This document shows positions 1 through 13,745 of a DNA stretch of 64,000 bases, piece after piece (the stretch's first letter is position 1; every line of letters starts with the position of its first letter). The stretch is from NCBI GenBank assembly GCA_015680685.1, contig MNCI01001310.1:154976-218975 (forward strand), read 5' to 3'. Under the pieces are notes generated by a model that had not been told where the DNA came from, did not search any database, and worked only from the letters and a program-made list of their open reading frames with translations. Position numbers and translations under genes: made by a program. Origin of the DNA: Gnetum montanum (Eukaryota; Plantae; Gnetophyta).

Positions 1-791
1 ATGTTAACTTACATCCCTATTGGTGAGGATATCCCCACTAATGAGAAATCCATCCATGCAATGATGATTCCTCACAAACCAAAGAAGGCAAAGTCAACGC
101 ACCTTGTATTTTGCAATAATGAAATTAAAATTAATCCCCAAAATGATGAAGTAACTATAACCCCTCTATTCATAACCATATGCATAGGATAATTTAAAAT
201 ACATCAGGTGCATGTTGATGATGGAGCCACAACTAATGTCATCCCACGCACCATCATTGAACACTTGGGCCTAACTAAGCAAATGCAACCTACAACCACT
301 ACAGCTCTTAAGTGCTTTAATGGATCAAAGGTTTCCATCAAGGGATTAGTCTCCTTATATTTTTTAGCAAGAGAGTAATTTCCACAACCGTTAATTTCTT
401 GGTGGCAGAGGAGACACCAAGATTCAACTTGATCCTACGAAGACCTTGGTTGGCTCAATTACAAGCTATATCCTCTTCCATCCATTAAGAGATTCACCTT
501 CCTTATGAGGGAGATGAAATCATCATTCATGGTGATAACATGGTCCCCTTGGCTATCAAAAATGTAGACATAGAGCAAGGGTTCAAAGTGAAGCTTCAAG
601 AAGAAGCTCCCAACCATGAAGAGCAACAACCCAAGAAAACCAGTGATGATAATGATAAGCAATGGGATGCATTATGAGATGAACTCCCTTATAACATTGT
701 AAGAGAAGGGGATGGAAAATATAAGATTATGCAGAGTAGGCCTTACTCACTTCCTAATCTTGCAAAGATTAAGAAGAATCTACACAAGTGA
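1..791 (+). pseudogene. Degenerate gag-aspartic protease C-terminal part
   Basis: Translates to HQVHVDDGATTNVIP (D-x-G active-site-like) and FNLILRRPWLAQ; ends KKNLHK*(TGA 789-791) as in copy 2; several stops/frameshifts. Confidence 0.8.
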
Positions 792-999
792 ATTTTTCCT
801 TAACCTTTCCATGCCCTTATGACCTAATGCACTTATAGCCATGTAGCCTTATTTTTCTTTTGTATTTTTATGCATTTGTTATTTGACACTTGATGCATGT
901 AGCCTAAGTTCATATACCTATTTTCTACAACCTTTATTTACTTATAATTATGTTATAAACATTAAAAAGTCTTGATAAATATACTTCTTTTTCATAACT

Positions 1000-1125
1000 G
1001 GTCTACTATGACCTTAAATTGGCATCCCCGTCTGCTAAGATGTTAAACTAGCATCATGGCCCACCATGATCTTAAACTGGAAAAACAACATAACCTACAC
1101 CTACTATGGTCTAAAACTAGCAAGC
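1000..1125 (+). repeat. Degenerate ~30-bp tandem repeat (core ccttaaactggca)
   Basis: About 4 copies (gaccttaaattggca, gttaaactagca, atcttaaactgga, ctaaaactagca); same family as 13180-13375, ~24500 and 28255-28527. Confidence 0.7.
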
Positions 1126-1433
1126 ATCTTCCTCATCATACTTGTATTTTCTAGCCTATTATGGCATTGATCAGCCATTTGATTCTATAATCGAAAAGTC
1201 AACATAGTCGTTCTCAATTTTTACAACATTTACTACAACATGATATATAGCCAAGAATGAAACCAAACATTTAAATTTAAAGTTAAAGTGTCCATATCCA
1301 TACATAGCCATGGCCACACTATGTGGCAAAAATTTCAAAGAATAATAATCATCTACAACATAGTCTAGGCTAATCATAGCCATCAACATGAAAAAAAAAA
1401 CAAATAGCCAACAAGCTAAACTGATGAAGGCTA

Positions 1434-3112
1434 CTAAGTGGTATCCAAAGGAGGAACAGGTGGGTCATTCCCACCCTTACTTCTAGGGCCACCAATGTCT
1501 CCTAAGGCCTAAAATGTAATAACATATAGCTAGTTAGCAACCCATAGCCAAAACCATTACCATAAACAAGAAACAAAACATAGAATACATCTAAACTGTG
1601 AGGATTCTGGCTCCATAGTTTCTAGGGGTAGAAGTGGAAGGCCTTCCTCCAAATGATGGAGGATCTAGTCCTTCATCATGTTGATCCAATCAACATCCCT
1701 AAGATCAACATCAGAGAGAATGCCAATGCTATCCATAGGATTCCAAGTACGAGGCTCCTAGGTAATAGCAACCATAAAGGTCTCACCTGTAGTAGTGGGA
1801 ATCCGAGTAGTAGGGGATTACTCCACTATGAGAGTACTTTCAAAAAGCTGATAAGCACTCTTCACCTAGATCCCCTATATGAACAACTCTCTTTTCCATC
1901 ATTCAACTGACTCCTCCTTGAGCCACTTAAGGTAAGGCCCATGATCCACCTTATACTGTTGCTTGTGGACCTTTTATTTCTTACCCCACTCTAGGACCCA
2001 AGCACAATGATCCTTCCAATCCTCAACCTTCTAGGAGATGTGGTTCATTTGCATGTGTTGTTCCACCATCTCCCCTAGGATGATTATGTTGCCCTGAACA
2101 ACATGCCAATAGTGGGCCCAAGTGATCTCCTTAGTTCATAATTTTACTAAGTTAGCCACTTGAACTTCCATAGGGGCCTTACAGTCTTAGAGATCTCTAA
2201 TTGTATGCTCCTATCATTGAGTCTTTTCCCTTAAGGCCACAACTTCCTCCTAGAGGGATTCGTTAGACCTCTTTAGCTTCCATGAAGTTTTTGCACATGA
2301 CATTACTAGATCATAAGCAATCTTGTACAACTTCAAGGGTACACTAGCTACATCAAAGGAAAGCTTAGGCAAGGAATCTATCTCCATGTTTCTAGTAGGG
2401 CTCCACTCCATATAAGGCACTACAAAAGCATAAAACACAACCATAAATATAATGCACAACCTAAGATTTCCATAACGCAAGCATAGCCTACAATTGAAGC
2501 ATAAAACAAAATCCTTACCTATCTCATATGCAACTTAATGCAACTAATCAATGATGTCATTAGCCATCCCACGCATGAACTCCACTTTTTCTAGAGTCTC
2601 TACCCATGATTTCACATGAAACTTAGGGACAGAAGCTTGCACTGGTGGCTCAGGAACTACTGTGAGCATAACAGTCATCAAAAGGTTAGGATGAAAACCA
2701 AAAATAGACAATGATATATAATGAAAATATTAAGGCATGAACATACCTAGCTCCTCCTCTTCCTCCTCTAGGATGATGATGGGGGATGTACCTAGTACCA
2801 CCTCACCAAAAAAGGCTTCTAGATCACCTATATCTGCATCAGCAAATCCTTTAATGACAAGTTGCTTTAGGAGTGTCTCTTTTGCATGCCTTTGTTCTAC
2901 CTCCATAGCAGCTTGGGCTACCATAGCCTGATACTTTTCTACAACCACATCACATAGAAAAATGGTTAACATGTAAATGTTAACATATGAAATAGCCAAA
3001 TTTAAACAAAGCATACATGTAACTACCCACTGTGATGGTCTAAGCTTAAACTTAAGCTTCTTTGGGGTAGGCTAGTCTGATGTTGGTGGTGCCTTCTCCA
3101 TAGGCCTCTTGA
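1434..3112 (-). pseudogene. 3' exons of the element-borne antisense spliced gene (copy 1)
   Basis: GT-AG introns at 3026-2928 and 2518-2420; donor at 2746 and acceptor at 1510-1509 whose partner sites are decayed. Peptides GDLEAFFG, VPKFHVKSWVE and VPLKLY...RSNESL match copy 2. Confidence 0.75.
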
Positions 3113-3124
3113 GTTTCTCCCCAG

Positions 3125-3985
3125 TGTTGAATTGTATTTTGTTTGGCTCCAATATTGAATACCTGATATTGAAAATCCAAAAGCAATGTCAGATATCCGA
3201 TATCACAAGATGTGTGCCAACCTATAAATATAACACTTGGGTGCATGGTCTTGAAGTCATATTAGTCATAGCATATCAAAGCTCTTACAGGTTTTCTTCC
3301 CTAGAGTTAGAATATTTTCCCAAGTGCCCACAGTACGAGTCATTGAGTGTATGGATCTTTGTTCAAGCACTATTGTACCTGAGCATAATAGTGTGTGCAG
3401 CAATAAAGACAGGCTTTCTGATAAACCTTGCAACACTTTGGCTAAATTAAATATTTTCTTCATGCATTTAATGTTTTTAGTAATTTTATTTAATACTTTT
3501 AAGTAATTAAGCTAATTAATGAATTAAGCTAGCTAGGTTAAATAAAAATTAATTAAGCACATAAGTACAACCACTTCAAGCATGCACATGACACTTGATA
3601 ATCCTAGTAATGCTTAACATCTGGTAACCCAGTAGCATTATACATGTTTAGAATGGGTACAGAAAGTGGGACTAGATGCTTATGTTAGAATTAGTTAGAC
3701 ATTGGTTAGTTAGATTAAATTAGCAATTAAATTACTTCATCCCCTCCATTCTTTATTTTAAGAACCCAAAACATAAAACATAAAAATAATATACCTCGAT
3801 TACACTTAACCATACCTTTGCATATCACAAGTGTAATTGGAAAGATAATGAATGACTGTTCAAGCAAGTTTATTTCCTAGAGGTTAGTGTATCGAAAGAC
3901 AAGGGGTCCACAGAATTTGACTAGATTTCATATAAACATTTAGTGATTCATATGGTTGGGTGTAGTGGGTACCTACCTCTCATCA
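3125..3985 (+). repeat. 5' LTR of Athila-like copy 1 (~860 bp), TATA box CTATAAATA at ~3222
   Basis: TGTTG...CATCA termini; gatatc repeats upstream of the TATA box as in the LTR at 57935-58766; left edge inferred from TATA spacing. Confidence 0.7.
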
Positions 3986-4004
3986 TCAACGCCATTCTTA
4001 GGGA
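3986..4004 (+). promoter_or_regulatory. Highly degenerate tRNA-Asp-type primer binding site
   Basis: tcaacgccattcttaggga directly after the LTR CA; positionally equivalent to ttagcgccattgccgggga in copy 3. Confidence 0.5.
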
Positions 4005-4140
4005 CTCCTTTTTGTTTGAAATGTGTGTTATTTAGGCATAGTAAAAATCATTAACATTGTTGGATGTACCCTAAGGTCAAAATCATCTTAAAAACAAACA
4101 TAATAATTTGAGCATACTAATATCTTATTCTAATTGCAAA

Positions 4141-6836
4141 ATGTCTTCTTCTCATAGGCATGATGATACTAAACCACCAGTGCCTCAAGAATGCAGGGTG
4201 GTATATACTCATCTAGATGAGTATGTGCCTAACTTCACCTTCATCCTGCATCAAGATGAACAACTACAATCACAAGATATGAAGGGTAACATTTTGATGC
4301 CTCCTAATCAATCTGTGCCTAGGATGCTACTCGTAACCCTTGGGACGTTGGGCATCCAAGATCTTCAAGAAGAGTACATTGTGCATGATCATGACTATTA
4401 GAACTACCATCCCACTAAAACACAATGCAGGAGAGATCAACACCAAGAGAAACACCATGAGGCTATGAAGGGAAAATGGTTCACCAACCCCTTATTCCTG
4501 CTAAACCAAAATGACAATGAGGATCCTTCCTATAGGGTTTCTCAACATGAAGATTCTCCACCCCTTGATATTGGTGATGAGGGCTTGAACCTGAATCTGC
4601 AATCCACTATCAACAATCTAGGTTCAGGCAAAAGTGGAAGTCAAAGTAGGGGCTCAAGCAAGCATCAAGATGATAAGAAAGTTGATGAACATGATCGTGA
4701 CAAGAATAGTGGAGATAGTAGACATTATGGTGGTGGAAATCCTCCTCCCTCTTCACCCTCTTCATCTGCATTTTCTTCTTACTCTTCTAATTCTAATAGA
4801 TGCTACCATAAGAATAACCATGATGAAGGTGAATAGTGAGACAATGATAATCGCAGAGACCACCATGAATGAAGGGGTAGCAGAGGGCATCATAGGCATC
4901 ATCAAATAATGATGATGATGAGCCTTTGCTTTCCACTTAAAACATGCTAAACATTGTAGAGGTAATAAAAAGTCCAACTAGGCATGTAAAAGATAGTTGA
5001 ATCAAGTGACCTGACATGAACAATATTTCCAAATTTGAGGGGGGATATAACTCTGATCTACAAACACATCTTCAAGATTTTCATGATGCTTGTGCCTTAC
5101 AAAATATTGAAAATTATTGGCAAAAATTAAAGCTATTTCCTAGGACACTCATCAAGGAAGAAAAAAGTTGGTATCGATCCTTGAAACCAGAATCCATCCA
5201 CTGATGGAGTACAATGCTAAAGTTGTTTAATGATAAATATCAAACGTGCTCCCAAGTGTCTAATCTAAGAAGGTATATCCAAGGATGGAAACAAGAAATA
5301 CATGAACCCTTGAATATTACCATGGGCAGATACTATTCTCTCATACACTGATGTCCTAGCCATGGTTATTCTTAGTGGGAATAACTTCATCACATCATAG
5401 ATGGACTCAAATAAAAAATGAGAAAAATTATTTGGATCTATGCCTAAGAGAGACTATCAGATGTAAGAGCTCATCAGATACAAAGGCTAATAGAGAAGAT
5501 ACCAAAAGAGGAAGGAGAGCTAAGGAAATGAGAAAGTGCAAAAGAATATAATAAGGATCCTTCTATTAGAAAGAGGAAGGTCTACTTTTGTGATAGTGAG
5601 GAGGAGTCATATCTTGATGAGGTGGTGCAATGAAAGACCTTTCTAATCCAAAAATATATGTTTGAAATTTTAGCCAAGGTAAATAAAATGTGGGATTTGT
5701 TGGATGAAAATTTTCAAACTACTCTAAAAATAGCAAAAGAATCAAGAGAGAAGAGTAGTGATCATAACTATAGGAGGTGAAAATAAGCTAAACATGAGAA
5801 GAGTAGTGATCATAACTACAGTAGAAGAAGTTGTAGATATTGAATCAGATGATGATGATGGATGTGACATCTACCATTATGAACATCCCAAGGGATGTTG
5901 CCCCATTCTTGTAAGAATCTAGGCTGTATGCTCTAAATCCTATATTGGTAAGGAGGTAGGCACCCAAAAGATTGCCCTATCCTCAAGGCAATCTTAAGCA
6001 GTTCCACCAACAACAAACCTACTATCCACATGGAGCTCCACCACAACCGTATGAGTAGTACCAGCAATGGTAGCACCCACAATCCTGGGGGATGCCACCA
6101 CCAATGCAACAATACCATTATTAGAAACCAAATCCATATGGATACTATGTTTAGCAACCCATTTCTCTATATGACTCTTCTAGTCACACAACCTTCCAAC
6201 ATCACTACTACCCTCTAGAGTATTATAGAACTCATTCTCCATCTACTAGAAGGGAAATGTCATATCCCTATCACCCTTCTCATCCTTTTCCATATGCCCC
6301 TCCACCCTAAGCATAGTTACTACCTACTTTTTCAATGCAAGGAGAAATTCCACGTTAGCTACAACAATGTAATGCAACAAGCGTTGTTAACTTACAATCG
6401 ACTCCTCAGCCAAGTGGTTTGGAAACTAATCATGAAAAAGACCTTTCTTCTAAACTAATAGCCCAATTAAACCCTCACATACACCTATAGCTAGTAACCT
6501 TACTTCTCCATCTTCCTCTGCATCTAATCTATTCAAGTCCACTTCAAACCAAACACCTCCCAAGGTGCACACCATCATGTTAACTCACACAGTAACTGAT
6601 TGTATTAAGGTTGGCCACCTTCCCAGGAAACTATTTGATCCTAGAAGTTCCCTTATTTACCTTCAAATCACTAGGAATGAGCATTGTAAGGCTCTTCTAG
6701 ATTTAGATTCTCATGTTAATTTTATTTTCCATAAGATGTATAAAGCATAGAACCTACCTCTACTTAAGAATAGAAACATCTATTTGAAGTTGGCTAATCA
6801 GTCCTGAACACCACCAAATTTGCATGTTGAAACCTT
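4141..6836 (+). pseudogene. Degenerate Athila-like gag-protease
   Basis: ORF fragments 4108-4401, 5016-5204 (retrotransposon gag core) and 6565-6750 (protease); homologous to the minus-strand copies at ~33990-31200 and 63452-61525. Confidence 0.8.
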
Positions 6837-8716
6837 TGTAATCCCATCCCATGAAACCTGAGGTAATATTTTATGGTAAATGTGAAGGTTGTAATCCATA
6901 AATGGGCAATCTCACATGTTTCATACTCTTGGGGCTAAAAATGCTTCAAAAGTGACCAAAGCCTCATTCCCCAGGTGAAAAAAGTCACCTAGTATCTATA
7001 TTTGGACTTGGGGAAGTCAAAAATTTCTTTTGGAATGCCAAAAATGGCAATTTGATGGGTTTTATGTGGGGGGGGCATACATTTTTCTATGTTGACACAC
7101 CCCCTACAGGGCGGTAAGCTAGCTAGGAGACTTCAAGACTAGCATGGAGGAGTGTAAGAAGGGTAGAACTCACCTACCCCTAGCATGGAAAGGGTTGTGA
7201 CCTAGCCTAGAGGGGTTGACCTTCACCCCCAGCATTGACTTCTTGTCCACCCTCAACATTAACACACTTCCCCCAGTGTGAGGGGATCATCTGGCTAGAA
7301 GAGAGGGGGTCAAACAACATGGAGGGGACAGATAGCTAAGATGCATGGAAGGTGAACCTCACCTAGCCCCCCTAAACATGGTAGCTAATTTTTCATAATT
7401 TGACATCAAATCTGCAACCAATCAATCAAAAATTTGGTAGCCAATCAATCAACCATTTGTAGCCAATTTTCAACATAAATCATGGCCATAACCCTATAAA
7501 AACCACACCTTGGCATCATGTCAAGGTTCTACACTTTTGCATTTCAGCATCCTTTGCATTTTGGCATCCAAGAGCTCTTGCTTCCTTAGCAAAAAACATA
7601 GCTTCTTGGTCTCTAACAACATGGAACCTCTACAACCTATTACCCCACTTTTGGATCTATCAGCTTTAGGTGTCAACGTTATTCCCATGGGATCACCAAA
7701 TCCCAACATGATGCACTTTGCCCAACCAAATCCTTCACATTTTGATAACCCCCAACATCAAACAACTTTGCAGATCTAATGTGATGATAAAGGAGGTTCG
7801 ATAACATTAGGAGTGGAAGAGATACCAGATCATGGAGTTGATCGTGACTTCAACAAACTCTAACACCTACCCAAGTGAACCTTCCCTTTTGCCCCCCTTG
7901 TGAACACCAATTTTGTACACATATTTGAAATCATTTCTTGTTCATTTAATGAAATTTATGATTTTAATTTTTGTACAATTTTAGATATAATTTTCATATT
8001 TCTAGTGCATTATTTTATAGATTTGCATTTTTTCACACTTTTTACACCCCCATTTTGCACTCCCTTAAGTCCCTAGCTGATCTACCAGATAATCTAGGGC
8101 ACTCTGAATCCCATTTTTTCTTATAGAGGCCCTAGGGGATTCAAGGTTAAGGTTCCTTGCAACTGAGAATCCTTGGTTTCTCTAGCAACCGAGATTTTTC
8201 ATCGCAATAGTTTTCTGGGTGCTAAAAGGAGGGCCTTCACTTGATTTCTATAGCCAAATCTAATTGCCAGCATAGCCAACATTGCCTAGGTATTGGAAGT
8301 TTTTGATTTTTGCAACAAAAAACCTTAAAGCCTCTCTAAAAACTCAATGTTACTACTCAACCCCATGTAGTAGAAACCCTAGTGTTGTAATTGTGGGTGG
8401 TTGGGTGTTGAGTTTTCCACCATCTGCTATGAATTTTAGTCACCAAAACTAGCGTTGAACACTAAAACACCAACATTCCACCTTAACCATAATTCTCATT
8501 GCAAAACCAATGTTTCCATCACTACCACCCAAAAGTACTTTCCCCACTCCTTTTTGGTTGAATTTGAGCAGTTTCTAAAACCATTTTCAGAAAGTTGCAA
8601 ATTTCTATTTTCGTTGTCCCACTTTCCCCCTCTTTCACCAACATTGGTATTAAAAGGTGTCAGATCCCTCCATTTCACCCCCTTCTTTCCCCCTTTCCAT
8701 ACTTGGGGGTGTGACA
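6837..8716 (+). repeat. Probable 5' LTR of Tat/Ogre-like copy 2 (~1.9 kb), TATA box at 7495
   Basis: TGT...GGGGTGTGACA termini; CCCTATAAAAA at 7492-7502; followed by a degenerate PBS-like sequence and gag. No partner LTR in the window. Confidence 0.6.
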
Positions 8717-9327
8717 ACTAGGAGACCAATGTGGATGAAGCTTGACCCCAACATTCTTAACTAGCCATTTCTAATAAAGGGGTAAACACCACCCCCTCCA
8801 CCCTGCCACTTACGACTTATAGTAAGTAAATTTTTTTATAATTTTTACCCATTTACACCAAATTTAAACTTCATAGCCATTACAACTATCAAAATTTGTA
8901 TCCTTTTCACTACACCTTTAATAGTGTTCACCACCCTTTTTTACCAATGTTGGCTTTGAAAGGTGTGAGATCTCCCCATCTCACCTCCTCTTTCCCCCTG
9001 CCACATCCAAGGGAGTGACAACTAGGATGCTAGCATTGGCATCAAAGAGTGTGACAACTAGAAGGTTAGTATGGGTAAACTTTGCTATCACCTTTCCACC
9101 TTTCCTTTCTGGGTAAGGGATTCTACACCCACGCTTACCACTCCCCCACCACATCCCCCGCCCGCCCCCCCCCCACCCATTCCCCGCCCTTACCCCCTAC
9201 TTGCTATTTTTAGTAAGTATCCCATTTTCAACCATTTTTACTTCCTTTGATTGCTTTTGATTTGTGTTGTTGGGATCTAGTTTCATTTTTACTTTTCATA
9301 GCCTATCTTGAGCCGTTTTCATTAACC

Positions 9328-12300
9328 ATGTGTCTCCCACGATCAACTAAGTTACCTTACAACTACAATGACAATAGGTCAGATTAATAGGCCATGAGGG
9401 TTATGACCCTAAAGACTCTAGCATTATTGAGTGTAGGCAATCGTTGAGAGTCAAAGGAGAGAGTCCTGACTTTGTAGCCATAAATGAAGATCACTATAAC
9501 TTCATTTCTACTAAAATATAGGTAAGCATGCTAATTTCACAAATTGAAGCTGAGGCCAAGAGGGAGTTTGAACTCATACACTAGAGTGGAAAAGAGTACA
9601 TCCCTTTCCCATATGATCAATTTTCTCTTATTGACATCTATGCTAACATCCTAGCCCAAATGATTGTCATGGAAGAAGAAGATGACAAGCATAGCTTTGA
9701 GGAACAACAAGGAGAGGAGGATGAATTCAAGGCAAAATCTAAGCCTAAAGACATCCTATGAGGATTTTTCTAACAAACATCCCCTAAGGTCATAGAGCCT
9801 TCCCCTAATGCTTTTGCTTTCTCCATGGGCATGGTGCCACCATCTTCCACTCCTTCCTATCCTACTATAGCAGATCCCACACCTGTTATAGCCATAAATC
9901 AAATTCAAGAAATGTCACAAACAACAAATCATGACACATCGATGTCATTTACAACATAGTCTCAATATATAAAACCATCGACAATGGCTTTTACTACTGC
10001 AAATCCACTAACTACACACATGGGGTCCACTATGAGTCCCCAAGCAACACAAAGGTCACATACCCCCTTTATCCCATTTGTGCCACAAGTACCAGCATAA
10101 ACATCCTTTTATCTATTTTGCCCACAAGTCACAAACATAACACAACCTCTTCCTTCTATCATGAAACCCATATTGAGGCTATAGGCTTCACAACAAATAC
10201 CACAACCATATGTGTAGGCCTCATATCCAAAGGGACCACCGTAGGACTTGGACCAAGACTTCCAAATGATCCAGGACCTAACAAAGTAGTTAAAGAGGCT
10301 CAAGGTCTCTACATCCCAAAGTGTAAAGATCATGGACTTTTGTCAGGATGATCCTATCAATAATGTGGTCCCACCTTTGACTCTTCCTCCTAGTTTCTCT
10401 ATCCCCTGGTTTACCAAATACAATGGAGAAGGTGACCCTAATGCTCAACTTATAACCTTCAAATTTGAGTGCTTGCTATTACAATTGTGACCTCATTTTA
10501 TCATGAGGATTTTTCCTATGTCCTTGACTAGGAAATCACTTGATTGGTACCAAGCATTACCTAGAGGATCCATATCTTCCCTTGAAGACTTGATAACTCA
10601 TTTTGTTAATCACTTCAAGTATAACTTGAAACCCAACACCACGCTTAACCAACTCATGAAGGTCAAGTGGGGATCCCTTCAGCCCATATAGAAGTTCATC
10701 CAATGATGGAATGGAATTCTAAATACCTTTTGGCTATATTTAAGGAAATCATTAATGACTTTATCAAGTCTAAACTTTACTACCTTGACCCACAGTCACT
10801 TAGCCAAGCATTCTCCCAAACCAAGAATATAGAAGATGCTATGGAGGCCAGTCATGACCTAACCTACATAGAATACAAAACCAACATACACAAAAAGACA
10901 AGAAGAAAGGTAAACATAACAATATGATTGTAGCAATTGTAGAGGCAAAGACCACTAGCCATGGACCAAGGAACAATCCATCTAAGGGTCCCATCAATGA
11001 TAACTATGACAACCAACCTTCGACCTCTGGGGCCACTATATCGACAATGACCCAACCCAATTTTGAAAGGAAGGACAAGTCTAAATACATTTCACTATCA
11101 TTAAAACCATTAGAGCTGTTAGATCAACTATTGAAGAGTGTGGGTATCCAATACAAACAAATGTCTAAAGCATCTCGAAAGAAACATGATAGACTATGTG
11201 AAATAACCAAGGACCCCAATAGAGCAACAAAATATTACCCGCCGCTGCCTAAATACGTTAACATAGACCATTTTTGCAACTATCACCAACTACTTGGTCA
11301 TGACACAAACTTCTGCCTTGTGCTAAAGGATGACTTGCAGAAGATGATAAATAGGGAAGAGCTGGTTCTAGATGCATCCAACCCTATCCACCCTCAAAAC
11401 CAATTGATGAAAGTGTACAAAGATCCATTGAATGCCAACAATGCTGCATATATCATATTGGCATTCAACATAAATGATAATCAAAGATCCTCAAGAGAAC
11501 CATTTGTGATTCATGTATCCTCTTATGGTGAAAGGGCTTCTTTAGCTTACACTAGGTTATGATCCTATTTTTTCATAAAGGTACCACAAGTGCCTCCCAG
11601 GGAACCATTTATCATTAAGGTCCCCCAACCCACCATATCCCAACTAGCCACAGCCTCACAAACTAATAAACCCACCCAACAACCCCCTATGGTGGCTAAT
11701 GTTATTGCATCTTCCTCACAACCAAAAATTCAGAACAAAAGCCTCCAAACAAGCAAAAGAATAAGTAAAATAAAAAGCTCAATAGTAAGGGTGACAAGCA
11801 AATGGAGGCATGGGAGGAAGTGGGCCCACCAAAGCCCACTCCCATATCAACTATACCCATGACCTCCTCTGCCCAACCCACTCCAAAAAAGCTCATGGCT
11901 AGAAGAATGCGGAGAATCCCTAATAATCACAACCTAAGATCGAAGTATGCATTCTGGGGCACATGGAGGAAGTGAAGCACAACCAAGACAACAAGCCCAT
12001 GGCTAACAAGAAAACCTTTCTTAGTGCAATAGATCAGGTTAGAAAATTTCTTAAGAAAAAGAACACTACTCTAAGCTTCTATGACCTTATCATGACTTCC
12101 ACCACACATCGTGAGATGTTAGTCAAGAAGTTGACTTCTATCCTTGTCAATGAGGATATACCTACTAACAAGGAATCCATCCATGTGGTGATGGTTCCTC
12201 CCACACCCAGGGAGGAGACGTCAACACCCCTAACATTTCACAATAGTGAAATTAAGGTTAATCCCAAAAATGGTAAAATTACTAGAGTTCCTCTATTCAT

Positions 12301-12924
12301 AACCATACGTATAGGATAGTTCAAGATGCATCAGATGCATGTAGATGATGGTACAACTACTAACATCATCTTGTGCATCATCATTGAATGATTAGGCTTG
12401 ATAGAGCAAATACAACAAACATCAATAGCTATTCTCAAGTCTTTCAACAGATCAAGGGTTACTATCAAGGGGTCTTTCTCATATTTTGTGGCAGGGGACC
12501 AATTCCCCACAATTGCAAATTTCTTGATGGTGGAAGAGACACCTACATTTAACATTATTCTAGGAAGACCTTGGTTAGCTTAATTACAAGCCATATCTTC
12601 TCCCATTCACCAAAGGATTCACCTTCCTTATGAGGGAGGTGAGATCATCATTCATGGTGGTAACACAGTTCCCCTAGCTGTTAACAATGTGAACATAGAG
12701 CAGGGGTCTAAAGTGAAGTTTCAAAAAGAAACTTCCAATCATGAAATCCAAAAACCCAAGAGAGAGTAGAAAACCAATAATAACAATAATGGGCAGCAAG
12801 ATGCATCATGGATGAACTCCCATTTAACATCATTAGTAAAGGCAATGGTGAATACAAACTTGTGTAGAGTAGACCTTACTCATTCCCTAATCTTTCAAAA
12901 ATCAAGGAGAGTCTACACAAGTGA
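9328..12924 (+). pseudogene. Degenerate Tat/Ogre-type gag-protease
   Basis: LPPSFSIPWFTKYNGEGDP; RIFPMSLTRKSLDWYQALPRGSI; FCNYHQLLGHDTNFCLVLKDDLQKMI; SFYDLIMTSTTHREML; VDDGTTTNII; FNIILGRPWLA; ends ESLHK*(TGA 12922-12924). Start position uncertain. Confidence 0.88.
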
Positions 12925-13179
12925 AGTACCCCTTGATCCTTCAAAACCATGTCCCTATAACCATATAGCTAATAGCCATGTAGCTTAGCCATGTGCATTT
13001 TATTTTACTCTTTATGCAAGTAGCCTAGATTTATACTTTGATTTGTATTTTACTTATGTATTACAACCTTTCATTTCTAGTTACTTTTATACATAATAAA
13101 AACAAAAATCCTTACCAAAAAAACCATAAAAATTTTGAAAAACAAGATTTTTTCCAAAAAATATAAAACTTCGAGGGTC

Positions 13180-13375
13180 CACCATGGCCTAAAATTGGCA
13201 AACCCATGGTCTTCCAAGGTCTTAAACTAGCATTATGGTCTACCAAAGCCTTAAGCTAGCATTGCAGTTCACTAAGACTTTAAACTTGCATTATAGTCCA
13301 CTAAGACTTTAAACTAGCATTACAGTCTGCTAAGACTCTAAACTAGCATCAACCTACATGGCCTTAAACTAGTGA
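13180..13375 (+). repeat. Tandem repeat, ~29-bp unit (taagactttaaactagcattatagtccac-like), ~7 copies
   Basis: aaactagca/aaattggca core recurs every ~29 bp. Confidence 0.85.
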
Positions 13376-13745
13376 AAACTGTATAGCCCATCATGCATTT
13401 TATTTTATTAAACAAAACAAAAAAAGTGTGCAAGTAACCCTTGCCTATTCATAATCTTATAGTTCTCACCATAGCCAACGTAGCCATATTCCACATAGAT
13501 ATTTTCAACACCTATAACCTTAGAACCTTAAAATGACAAAGCAATCAATGATGTATATAACCAAAACCAAAATCAACAACTTAAAATTTAAAACATCTTA
13601 AAATAAAATAGCATAGCCATTGTCACATTATGTGACATAAATGTTAAAACTATCAATCATAAATAATCAAATGTCTACAACTCAAGTGTTGGCTAACATA
13701 AGCCATATAATGTCAAGCATAAACTAAAATAAAAAATAAAGACTA

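Larger units (their letters stand above)
1..3112 (+). mobile_element. Fragment of Tat/Ogre-like Ty3/gypsy retrotransposon (copy 1): end of gag-protease, short tandem repeats, 3' part of antisense spliced gene; interrupted by an Athila-like element
   Basis: Colinear and homologous to ~12130-15580: the protease motifs, the LHK*-stop, the 29-30 bp repeats and the antisense exons are all shared. Confidence 0.85.
3125..6836 (+). mobile_element. Athila-like Ty3/gypsy retrotransposon, 5' part (copy 1): LTR, PBS, gag, start of protease; interrupted at ~6837
   Basis: LTR end catatggttgggtgtagtgggtacc...ctcatca matches the reverse complement of the LTR end at 57935; gag motif WQKLKLFPRTLIKEEKSWYRSLKPESIH; protease CKALLDLDSHVNFI. 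Confidence 0.85.
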
